From contig OY969938.1 in the NCBI GenBank assembly GCA_963704755.1, positions 1,680,001-1,712,000 on the forward strand: DNA of 32,000 bases. The letters are read 5' to 3'. This stretch comes from an uncultured Chloroflexia bacterium. Lineage in GTDB: Bacteria > Chloroflexota > Anaerolineae > Anaerolineales > Anaerolineaceae. The notes under the pieces are model-generated. The model saw nothing but the letters and a program-made list of their open reading frames with translations, had not been told where the DNA came from and did not search any database. The translations under genes and the position numbers were made by a program. Shown here piece after piece: positions 18,262 through 25,507 of the stretch. The stretch's first letter is position 1. Each line of letters opens with the position of its first letter.

Positions 18262-18282
18262 CCCGGCATCGATAAAATTATT

Positions 18283-18323
18283 AAAAAATATCCGCGGAGG
18301 CAAAGCCTCCGCGGATATTTTTT
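18283..18323 (+). terminator. Intrinsic (bidirectional-type) terminator after the repeat-protein gene
   Basis: AAAAAATATCCGCGGAGG-caaag-CCTCCGCGGATATTTTTT is a perfect 18-bp arm pair. It has an A-tract on the 5' side and a T-tract on the 3' side, and lies 22 nt after the stop. Confidence 0.8.
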
Positions 18324-18330
18324 TAAGTCA

Positions 18331-18430
18331 CATACCTGCTCAGCTACCGCAAAAAGAAAGGGGTGTTTTTATTGTTTTTCGCGTGCAAAGCACGTGAAAA
18401 ACAATAAAAACACCCTCAAATAAAGTATTG
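18331..18430. repeat. Nested palindromic element (decayed scaffold plus 26-bp hairpin core)
   Basis: The left flank ACCTGCTCAGCTACCGCAAAAAGAAAG is followed by the hairpin GGGTGTTTTTATTGTTTTTCGCGTGC-aaa-GCACGTGAAAAACAATAAAAACACCC at 18361-18415 (25 of 26 positions pair; the mismatch is G.T). It is related to the elements at 20529 and 20656. Confidence 0.7.
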
Positions 18431-18434
18431 CTTG

Positions 18435-18473
18435 AAAGAGGCTGTCCCAAAGGAACTTTGGGACAGCCTCTTT
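18435..18473 (-). terminator. Intrinsic terminator of the beta-helix lipoprotein gene
   Basis: AAAGAGGCTGTCCCAAAG-gaa-CTTTGGGACAGCCTCTTT is a perfect 18-bp stem 9 nt from the minus-strand stop codon at 18482-18484. It is flanked by T/A runs. Confidence 0.7.
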
Positions 18474-18481
18474 TATTAAAA

Positions 18482-20119
18482 TCACGGCGAGGTCAAGACG
18501 AATACGCCAAAGTTCGGAAAAGTGCTGGGTTTCAGCGGTTCGCTCCAGCCGATGGGAACGGCCACCGACCAGCCGGTCATGGGGATGTTGATGGAACTGC
18601 CGTTATAGGTGCCGCTGATGGTTTCTGCGTAATAGTTCTGCACGTTGTGCAGGGTATAATGGTCGCCGTTCTGCAAACCCAGTTTAGAGATATCCACAGT
18701 GATGTTACTCGCCTGAGTCCAGTTGAACACGATGATATTTCCGCGTTTGGCGTCGTACTGGTTCGGGCGCACAATCACCTGCGGGCTGGACGGGTAGCCA
18801 TTCTGGAACTTGCTGCTCTGGTCGTAGCTGGTGCTGCTCAACCACTGCGCCCAACTCTTCGACGAATCGTTCAGCGAGAAGGGACGCGAAGCGCTGGAAC
18901 CATACAGGTTGGCGTTCCAGGTGTAACTCCCCGGCGAAGAAGGATAGCGCAGGGAAACGTCGGTGCTGGTACTGTTGAAAATACAGTTATTCGACACCGA
19001 TACCCCACTCCACCAGTACACTTCCAGGCTGGTTTCGCCTTGGCCCCACAACCAGTTATTCTCCAGGGTCAGGTTGCTATTGTTCTTGGCGTCATAGCCC
19101 AACTGCAGCGTGGTATTGTACACATAATTCTCGGTAATCGAAATGTTTTTGGCCGGGTTCAGTCCACCGACCAGGAAATCGTTATTCATGACCACATTGC
19201 CATGGAAGGTGTAGTTATTCAGGTAGCTCTGCTCGGTATAAGTGTGAAACGAATACCCGCCGAAGTTATTGAACACAATGTTTTCTTCGATGTCCTTGGT
19301 CCCGGTTTCGTTCTGGGTATACACCCCGTGGCCATGGCCGCGGTCCGGGGCGCTCCAGCCGTTGTTATAGCTCAGGTTACCGTAGATCACCGCGTTAGGC
19401 GCATCCGCGTCGGCGGTAATCCCATCCCGGCCATCGTGGATGACATTGTTGATCAGGGTCACGTTAGCCGCGTACACACCAACCCCGCCGCTGCGGGTCA
19501 TATCGCTGGGATGCGACCCGGTTTGGTTCGAGGTGCGGTCGGTGCTGGAGGACATCACTTCGAAACCCCAGAAAACCACGTACGGGGTGTAAATTTCGAT
19601 ACGCGCATCGATCGTCACCCGTTCGCCCGGGTAAGCCCGGATGTAGACCGGGTTACCGGATACACCCCCTACCTTGATGTTGAATTTGGCCGGCTCGACC
19701 GTTGGGTGATACGTGCCGCCGCGCACCCAAATGGTGTCCCCGGGTGAAACCCAGTTTGATTTGAGTAAGGCATCGTCCAGGTCCCAGGGATGCGCCATCG
19801 TGCCGTCGCCGCTCGAGGTGCCGCTGGTGGTCACGTAGTGGCTGGTCCCGGTCAGGGCCGCCGAATCCTCCGGGCTTACCGTCGCTTCGAGCGGCGGAGC
19901 CGGGGTTGCTTCCGGCGTCACCGTATCAGCCGTGACGCCGTTCATGGTTGTAGCCGTCGTGCAGCTTGTCGGTGTGGTGACCAACGGTAAATAAATTTTG
20001 GGGTCATTGGTGGCGTTTTGAGTCTGGCCACTGACCTGGGGTGTAACTTCTGCAGCGCAACCTGCCAGTACAATAATTAACAGCAGGGCAATATTCTTGG
20101 AGGCGATCTTCCGTAACAT
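18482..20119 (-). CDS. Lipoprotein with right-handed parallel beta-helix repeats (polysaccharide lyase/hydrolase-like) and a C-terminal beta-sandwich
   Basis: It has a signal peptide with a lipobox (LLLIIVLAGC). Repeated PbH1-like turns are present: NNVIHDGRDGI, YGNLSYNNGW, ENIVFNNFGGY, HGNVVMNNDF, ITENYVYN, LENNWLWG and VSNNCIFN. A GAGGGA RBS lies 6 nt upstream of the ATG. Confidence 0.75.
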   Translation of the reverse strand: MLRKIASKNIALLLIIVLAGCAAEVTPQVSGQTQNATNDPKIYLPLVTTPTSCTTATTMNGVTADTVTPEATPAPPLEATVSPEDSAALTGTSHYVTTSGTSSGDGTMAHPWDLDDALLKSNWVSPGDTIWVRGGTYHPTVEPAKFNIKVGGVSGNPVYIRAYPGERVTIDARIEIYTPYVVFWGFEVMSSSTDRTSNQTGSHPSDMTRSGGVGVYAANVTLINNVIHDGRDGITADADAPNAVIYGNLSYNNGWSAPDRGHGHGVYTQNETGTKDIEENIVFNNFGGYSFHTYTEQSYLNNYTFHGNVVMNNDFLVGGLNPAKNISITENYVYNTTLQLGYDAKNNSNLTLENNWLWGQGETSLEVYWWSGVSVSNNCIFNSTSTDVSLRYPSSPGSYTWNANLYGSSASRPFSLNDSSKSWAQWLSSTSYDQSSKFQNGYPSSPQVIVRPNQYDAKRGNIIVFNWTQASNITVDISKLGLQNGDHYTLHNVQNYYAETISGTYNGSSINIPMTGWSVAVPIGWSEPLKPSTFPNFGVFVLTSP

Positions 20120-20299
20120 GATGGGTCCCTCAATGGATGAAGCCGAAACGGCCTCGTTTGGGTTCGCTGTGATGAAAATGCTGTAGTGGTGGTTTGTGAA
20201 TGTGCAATCACTTCCAGGCGAAAGGCCAGGCCTTTCAGTTTATTCAGGAATTCATTTGGTAAATAAGTTTATCTACAATAGCAATTTTTGGCAACTAAG

Positions 20300-20432
20300 A
20301 AATTTAGAGGGTGTTGAAAAAGTCACTTTTCATCATCCAAATTGGGATATATGTGGCGGGGCGGCTTCGCCGCCCCGCCACATATATCCCAAAAATTTTT
20401 ATATGCGGGCGTTTTTCAACACGCTCAAATTT
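20300..20432. repeat. Nested palindromic element: ~21-bp outer inverted repeat enclosing a perfect 24-bp hairpin
   Basis: The outer arms are AAATTTAGAGGGTGTTGAAAAA (20300-20321) and TTTTTCAACACGCTCAAATTT (20412-20432). The inner hairpin is TTGGGATATATGTGGCGGGGCGGC-ttc-GCCGCCCCGCCACATATATCCCAA (20342-20392). Confidence 0.75.
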
Positions 20433-20528
20433 AGGACAACGAAGTGCAGCAGCGAAGACGCTCTACTCCGTTGTTCCAATATTTTTATCGAATAGTCGCT
20501 TTTTAACCCGCCTAAGATTACAATAAAG

Positions 20529-20639
20529 GTAACTACTCAGCCATCGCAGAAGAAACAGGGTGTTTTATTATTTTTTATATGCTTCGCATGTAAAAAATAA
20601 TAAAACACCCTCCCCCTCTGAACCTGCCTGAGTAGTTAC
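20529..20639. repeat. Nested palindromic element: 12-bp terminal inverted repeats GTAACTACTCAG/CTGAGTAGTTAC with a 26-bp hairpin core
   Basis: The TIRs at 20529-20540 and 20628-20639 are perfect. The core is AGGGTGTTTTATTATTTTTTATATGC-ttc-GCATGTAAAAAATAATAAAACACCCT at 20557-20611, with 1 mismatch. The scaffold matches the element at 8507-8565. Confidence 0.8.
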
Positions 20640-20655
20640 AAATAAAGAATAAATA

Positions 20656-20770
20656 AACTGCACGGCTCAGCCTAACTGGGAAGAAACCCGAATTTGAGGT
20701 GTTTGCGCGGGCGATGCCCGCGCAAACACCTCAAATTCGGGACCTTTTCAACAAGGTATTGAGCAGTTAC
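20656..20770. repeat. Nested palindromic element, same scaffold family with a different perfect 26-bp hairpin core
   Basis: The left scaffold is AACTGCACGGCTCAGCC...GGAAGAAAC. The core is CCCGAATTTGAGGTGTTTGCGCGGGC-gat-GCCCGCGCAAACACCTCAAATTCGGG (20687-20741, perfect). The right end is TTGAGCAGTTAC followed by AAATAAA. Confidence 0.75.
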
Positions 20771-20811
20771 AAATAAACCTCATCTATCTCAAAATCGCAA
20801 CCGAGGGAACT

Positions 20812-21318
20812 ATGGATTTGCTCGAATATCTTCACCAACTTTATGATTTTCATTATTGGGCCAACAACCGCCTGCTGGCCTCAGCGGTGGGCGTCTCGAA
20901 CGAACAGCTCTACGAGCCTTTGGGGTTCGGCTGGGCCAGCATCCACGGGACGCTGCTGCATACGCTCAGCGCGGAATGGATGTGGCTGGAGCGCTGGCAT
21001 GGCCATTCTCCCGAACACCCCCTGGCCGCAGAGGATTACCCCACCCTCTACGATATCCAGAAAAAATGGAATAGCCAACAGACTGCCCTATTAGCCTTCC
21101 TGGCCGAACAAACCTCGACAAGCATCCTGGTTGAAATCGACTATACGAACACCAGGGGCGAATCGTTCCAATTGCCGCTGTGGCAGATGATGGCCCACGT
21201 GGTCAACCATGCCACCCATCACCGCGCCGAAGTGGCCGAAATGCTGACCAGGCTCGAAGTGGTCCATCCCGAAGACGAGCTGGCCCATTATTTTCTAGAA
21301 AAAAGCGGCCAGAGGTAG
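20812..21318 (+). CDS. DinB-family (DinB_2/YfiT-like) four-helix-bundle metal-binding protein
   Basis: The 168-aa product has YDFHYWANNRLL, HGTLLHTLSAEWMWLERW and HVVNHATHHRAEV (the His triad pattern of the DinB superfamily). A GAGGGA RBS is present. Confidence 0.75.
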   Translation: MDLLEYLHQLYDFHYWANNRLLASAVGVSNEQLYEPLGFGWASIHGTLLHTLSAEWMWLERWHGHSPEHPLAAEDYPTLYDIQKKWNSQQTALLAFLAEQTSTSILVEIDYTNTRGESFQLPLWQMMAHVVNHATHHRAEVAEMLTRLEVVHPEDELAHYFLEKSGQR

Positions 21319-21328
21319 ATTGGTGCCT

Positions 21329-21395
21329 GTAGCCCGGCTTTCAAAGCCGGGAATGTGTTTGGCTTAGGAATTCTCGGGTTTGAAACCCGAGCTAC
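21329..21395. repeat. 67-bp MITE-like element with 25-bp self-palindromic terminal inverted repeats
   Basis: The ends are GTAGCCCGGCTTTCAAAGCCGGGAA (21329-21353) and TTCTCGGGTTTGAAACCCGAGCTAC (21371-21395). The same two modules build the array at 24676-25447. Confidence 0.7.
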
Positions 21396-21455
21396 CCTGC
21401 CGAAACATTATTTCGATTTAATTGAAACAAATAGCCTGAACCTGTACCGCGCATA

Positions 21456-22241
21456 TCAATGCCGGGTCAGGCGCCGGTATTCCGCAGTCGCCGCGTAGCT
21501 GCGCAGGGCTTTGATCCGGTTGACGATCATCGGGTGGGTGGACAGGCTGGAGGCCAACACATTAAAGACCGAATCGTCCTGCGCGTCGATGGCCTGCATG
21601 GCCCGCTGGAGGTCGCCTTTTGTGCGTACATCTCCGGCAGCCAGCTTGACCAGCGCCGATATGGCCTTATTTAAATCCCCGCAAGCCAGCAGGCCGGCCC
21701 GGTCAGCCGAAAACTCGCAAGCCCGGTTCCACCACCGGAAAGCAAAGGTCAGGATCATCGCCAGGCCCAGCGAAACCGGCACACCGGCCATGCCCCCCAG
21801 CAGCGTATTCAGCCAGGTATGCTCCAACACCAGGTGGCCCAATTCGTGACCAACCACGAATCGCATCTCGTCCGGGTCCATAATACTGATCAACGAGGAA
21901 TAGATCACTACCACGCGCGGATTCGACAAGCCGAAGGTATAGGCGTTCCGCTCGGTACTGGGCAGTACGAACATCTCGAACGGCGACGAATGCAGCTTAA
22001 TCGCGCAGTCTTTGGCCAGGTCGTATAGTACGGGGGTCGTCGCCCGCTTCACCCGGTGCGCATGGCGAATAATATCGCGATGGTGCGACAGGTTGGCCTG
22101 GTAAGCCACCACCACGAAAACCAACACCAACACCGGCACCAGGAATATGGTCAAACCGGCGCCGATTACCACGGCAACCAACAACGCCCCTACTGTCAAT
22201 GCCAGAATAGGTTGTTCACTGGGATATCGCGAAAACTTCAC
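21456..22241 (-). CDS. M48-family zinc metalloprotease (HtpX-like), membrane-anchored
   Basis: It has HELGH in VVGHELGHLVLEH, and N-terminal and central TM segments. A GTG start at 22241 has a GAGGG RBS 5 nt upstream. Confidence 0.8.
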   Translation of the reverse strand: MKFSRYPSEQPILALTVGALLVAVVIGAGLTIFLVPVLVLVFVVVAYQANLSHHRDIIRHAHRVKRATTPVLYDLAKDCAIKLHSSPFEMFVLPSTERNAYTFGLSNPRVVVIYSSLISIMDPDEMRFVVGHELGHLVLEHTWLNTLLGGMAGVPVSLGLAMILTFAFRWWNRACEFSADRAGLLACGDLNKAISALVKLAAGDVRTKGDLQRAMQAIDAQDDSVFNVLASSLSTHPMIVNRIKALRSYAATAEYRRLTRH

Positions 22242-22322
22242 CGCAGCCCTCGCGATGCCATCGATTTACCTGTGTCCAGCTTAAAGTTCATCCAGTCTAT
22301 TATTTTGCCAGCTCCCTGAAAT

Positions 22323-23324
22323 TTATTGAAGGGTGAAGTTAGGATCACCCACGTACTGCCACCAGTTCCAGGCCACCCCATCCGATTGGCCATCGATATG
22401 CGGGAACAGGCTCATCCACCAAATGTGGTGTTGGCGGATATCGCCATTGCCCCATTCGTGGCAGTTCAATTTTACCGTCGCTGCGCTCAAATCAGGGAAA
22501 TTGGTCCAATTTCGACAGCCGCACGTGACGGACCGGGGGTTGCCCCAATCGTAATCGCTGCGTGAATTGGGGGCGTAATGGACGGTCCCGCACTCGGCTC
22601 TCCCGGGCGAGGTTTTATCATAACGGGTAAAACGGTCCCACAGGTTACCCGGCCCATGAACATCCCGATACGCGTGGGCCAGGATAAATTCGGAGCGGTG
22701 GCCGAAATCTTCCAGCATCTCACCCACCCCGCGTTCGTAGCTGAATCCCATCAAGAAAAACCGCCGCCGCGCTCCGGGGGCATCCAGCGGCGGGGCATTG
22801 CAAAAGTAAGCCCCCGGCCCGGCCATACGCAATTCGTAAAATCCGGCATAAGGCATCCCGAATAACCAGGCTTCGTCGATGCTGCCGGAGTTGACCCGCT
22901 CGACCAGGCCGTAATCGTCCAGGATTTTGCGGTAATCGACCTCATCCGGCTGGTGAAAACCGGCATGGGCCTGGCGGGCATGCAAATAGGCTTCACCCGT
23001 GTAGGCAAAGCCATCCGCCTTGCGCGGGAATTCATTCACCCACAGCATATCGACTACCTCGTAAGCCAGGAGGCCATGCGAAGCAAAGAACAGGTCCTGG
23101 ATATACCCCGCTACCAGCCTGTTCACGTCCTGCCAGCCCAAAACTTTGCTCAACCGCTGCCCGGCCTGTGCAGCCAGCGGCGGATCGAACACGATAACCA
23201 GCGCCTTCTTGCGCAGCGGCTGCGGCAAGCCCGCAGGTGACTGCGGGATAGGGTCCGGCGCGACAAAAGGAGCTTCCGTTTCCCGAAGTCTCAGGCTTTG
23301 AAGAAATCGCTGCCAGATATTCAT
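22323..23324 (-). CDS. Uncharacterised conserved-looking protein (Cys/Trp/His-rich C-terminal half)
   Basis: This is a long ORF with normal amino-acid composition. I recognise no family. The C-terminus reads ECGTVHYAPNSRSDYDWGNPRSVTCGCRNW...CHEWGNGDIRQHHIWWMSLFPH. ATG (MNIWQRF) at 23324 is preferred to the ORF-track GTG at 23378, which has no RBS. Confidence 0.6.
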   Translation of the reverse strand: MNIWQRFLQSLRLRETEAPFVAPDPIPQSPAGLPQPLRKKALVIVFDPPLAAQAGQRLSKVLGWQDVNRLVAGYIQDLFFASHGLLAYEVVDMLWVNEFPRKADGFAYTGEAYLHARQAHAGFHQPDEVDYRKILDDYGLVERVNSGSIDEAWLFGMPYAGFYELRMAGPGAYFCNAPPLDAPGARRRFFLMGFSYERGVGEMLEDFGHRSEFILAHAYRDVHGPGNLWDRFTRYDKTSPGRAECGTVHYAPNSRSDYDWGNPRSVTCGCRNWTNFPDLSAATVKLNCHEWGNGDIRQHHIWWMSLFPHIDGQSDGVAWNWWQYVGDPNFTLQ

Positions 23325-23405
23325 GCCTTCAGTATACCGGATTTGTTTACCATCTCGCCAGGCCCCGAATTGCCTCACAATTAATCTTACTTTGCGAAAT
23401 AACGT

Positions 23406-24654
23406 TGGCTCAAAATAAATGTTACCCTAACGCGGAATAAAGCACCGCAGAGGGAGCTCATGATGAGTCAACGCAGTCGGCGGGAGATGCTAGAAAGCAT
23501 TCGTCCGCGCTATTTGAAAGCCAGGAAAGCCGAGAAGAAACAGATTCTGGATGAATTTATCGCCACAAGCGGATATCATCGTAAATACGCTATTCGGCTG
23601 TTGAAGCATGGTTCCAAGCCAAAGGGGTTGAAGAAAGCCGGGCGACGGAAGAAATACAACGGGGAAGTCGTCGTGGCTCTGGAAAAGATTTGGGAAGTTA
23701 GTGGGTGCATCTGCTCAAAACGACTACAGCCTTTTATTCCTGAAATGGTGGATGTTTTAGAGCGCTGGCAGGAAATAGAGTTGAGCGAGGAAACCAAAGC
23801 GCTTTTGTTGAGCTTGAGCCGGGCCACCATAGATCGCTGTTTGAAAAAGGCACGCCTCGCCCCCACCCCACGTGGGCTTGGGACTACCAAACCGGGCAGT
23901 TTGCTCAAACAAGCCATTCCCATCCGCACCTTTACCCCTTGGGAGGACGAGAAGCCAGGCTTTCTGGAAATCGACCTGGTGGCCCATTGTGGTACAACCA
24001 CCGAGGGTACCTACCTCAATACCCTCACTGCAACCGATTTAGCCACCGGCTGGACCGAGTGCCTGGGCCTGGCCAACAAAACCCAGACAGCTGTCTCTCA
24101 AGCCATTGAGGAATTGCGCCATAACCTGCCTTTTCCTCTTTTGGGATTGGATTCAGACAATGGCAGTGAATTCATCAACGATACACTTTTGCGATACTGC
24201 CAGAGCGAACTCATTACCTTTACGCGTTCGCGGCCTTACCACAAGAATGATCAGGCTCATGTGGAACAGAAGAATTGGTCGGTTGTTCGACATACCATTG
24301 GCTATGACCGCTTCGAAACCCCACAAGAACTTGCCTTGCTCAAATCCATTTACTCCGATTTGCGTCTTTACATCAATTTTTTCCAGCCAGTTCTCAAACT
24401 GATTGCTAAAGAAACCGTTGACGGCAAGACGATCCGTAAGTATGATCTGGCCAAGACCCCCTATCGCCGGGTCTTAGCCCAGGACTCTCTTCCCCTGAAA
24501 GTCAAGGCCAGTCTTACTGCCCAATATGTTCATCTGAACCCTGTGTCCTTACAGGCCAGTATCAATAAAAAGGTCAATCAATTGTTAAGAATTCTCCGGT
24601 AACATTTCTATTTGAGGCAACGATTATCCCAAAGTAACATTTTATTTTGAGGCA
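23406..24654 (+). mobile_element. Insertion sequence (~1.25 kb) with imperfect ~20-bp terminal inverted repeats
   Basis: The left end is TGGCTCAAAATAAATGTTAC (23406-23425). The reverse complement of the right end (24634-24654) is TGCCTCAAAATAAAATGTTAC, giving 19 of 21 matching positions. The element encloses a single DDE transposase gene. No target-site duplication was recognised. Confidence 0.7.
23460..24602 (+). CDS. DDE transposase with integrase-core (rve) domain, single-ORF type (ISNCY/IS481-like)
   Basis: An N-terminal HTH-like region (IRPRYLKARKAEKKQILDEFIATSGYHRKYAIRLL) is present. The catalytic triad candidates are EIDLV, DSDNGSEF and HVEQKN, with 35 residues between the second D and the E (DD35E). 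Confidence 0.85.
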   Translation: MMSQRSRREMLESIRPRYLKARKAEKKQILDEFIATSGYHRKYAIRLLKHGSKPKGLKKAGRRKKYNGEVVVALEKIWEVSGCICSKRLQPFIPEMVDVLERWQEIELSEETKALLLSLSRATIDRCLKKARLAPTPRGLGTTKPGSLLKQAIPIRTFTPWEDEKPGFLEIDLVAHCGTTTEGTYLNTLTATDLATGWTECLGLANKTQTAVSQAIEELRHNLPFPLLGLDSDNGSEFINDTLLRYCQSELITFTRSRPYHKNDQAHVEQKNWSVVRHTIGYDRFETPQELALLKSIYSDLRLYINFFQPVLKLIAKETVDGKTIRKYDLAKTPYRRVLAQDSLPLKVKASLTAQYVHLNPVSLQASINKKVNQLLRILR

Positions 24655-24675
24655 CCACGGGCCCAAAAATCCGCC

Positions 24676-25447
24676 GCAGCCCGGCTTTCTATGCCGGGAA
24701 CGTGCTTGGTGCGGACATCTTCGCGGTTGAAAATCGTGCCTGTTACCTGACCGCTGGTAGCCCGGCTTTCAAAGCCGGGAACGTGCTTGGTGCGGACATC
24801 TCCGCGATTGAAATCTGTGCTTGTTATCTGCCCGCTTGTAGCCCGGCTTTCTAAGCCGGGAACGTGCTTGGTGCGGACATCTCCGCGGTTTAAATCTGTG
24901 CTTGGTACCTGACCGGCGGCAGCTAAAGCTGCACCTACAACAGCACAAAGACCCACCTGCGTGGGTCTCCCTTTCGGCAAAGGCCAGTTACTATAGCTGG
25001 AATGATGCCCGGCCGGCGTTTTCTCGGGTTGGAAACCCGAGCTACCCATTCCAAACGCCAGAAGCTACCTGAGTGTCCCCGGTGACCCTCGTAGCCCGGC
25101 TTTGAAAGCCGGGAATGTGCTTGGTGTAAGCATCTCCGCGGTTGAAATCTGTGCTTGGTACCTGCCCTCTCGTAGCCCGGCTTTCAAAGCCGGGAACGTG
25201 CTTGGTGTGGGCATCTCCGCGGTTGAAATTCTGCTTGTTACCTGACCGGCGGCGGCTAAAGCCGCACCAACAAAAGCACAAAGACCCACCTGCGTGGGTC
25301 TCCCTTTCGGCAAAGGGCAGTTATTATAGCCGGAATGATGCCCGGCCGGCGTTTTCTCGGGTTGGAAACCCGAGCTACCCATTCCAAACGTCAGAAGCTA
25401 CCTGAGCGTCCCCGGTGACCCTCGTAGCCCGGCTTTCAAAGCCGGGG
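24676..25447. repeat. Higher-order tandem repeat array: 81-bp unit A and ~171-bp unit B, arranged A-A-A-B-A-A-B-A(partial)
   Basis: A units start at 24676, 24757, 24838, 25091, 25172 and 25424 (partial). Each begins G(T/C)AGCCCGGCTTT.(A/T)(A/T)GCCGGGAA. B units (about 24915-25090 and 25249-25423) carry several hairpins and end in TTCTCGGGTTGGAAACCCGAGCTACCC. Confidence 0.85.
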
Positions 25448-25451
25448 TTTT

Positions 25452-25485
25452 CCCACCCCTCTCCCGTGTCTGGGAGAGGGGTGGG
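25452..25485. repeat. GC-rich palindrome
   Basis: CCCACCCCTCTCCC-gtgtct-GGGAGAGGGGTGGG is a perfect 14-bp stem. It lies between the array and the stop of the minus-strand permease gene. No U-tract follows on either strand. Confidence 0.6.
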
Positions 25486-25507
25486 GGTGAGGGCTCCTGC
25501 TTGTTCT

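Noticed and set aside
18428-19747. 439-aa plus-strand ORF
   Set aside because: It is antisense to the beta-helix lipoprotein gene. Its composition is Val/Gly/Arg/Ala-rich and low in complexity, as is typical of shadow ORFs in GC-rich DNA. The minus-strand product has a signal peptide, a lipobox and repeat motifs.
20196-20526. ORFs of 99 and 71 aa in the gap upstream of the lipoprotein gene
   Set aside because: They read straight through the perfect palindromes (for example PNWDICGGAASPPRHIYPK from the 24-bp hairpin), lack an RBS and have no family resemblance.
20529-20770. Integron attC-like recombination sites (imperfect palindromes in tandem ending in GTTAC)
   Set aside because: The ends do not fit the RYYYAAC/GTTRRRY core sites (GTTACAA fails the RRR positions). 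No cassette ORFs lie between the sites and there is no intI integrase in the window.
24642-25382. Minus-strand ORFs (135, 79 and 105 aa) encoding 27-aa peptide repeats (NRGDVRTKHVPGFESRATSGQ...)
   Set aside because: They are translations of the 81-bp (27-codon) tandem DNA repeat. Variation concentrates in hairpin loops and a paired substitution preserves a stem, which points to nucleic-acid structure. There is no RBS and no plausible protein family.
24676-25447. Possible CRISPR array, because of regularly spaced repeats
   Set aside because: The 81-bp units abut one another with no unique spacers. The whole unit is conserved and longer than CRISPR repeats. No cas genes or leader are nearby.
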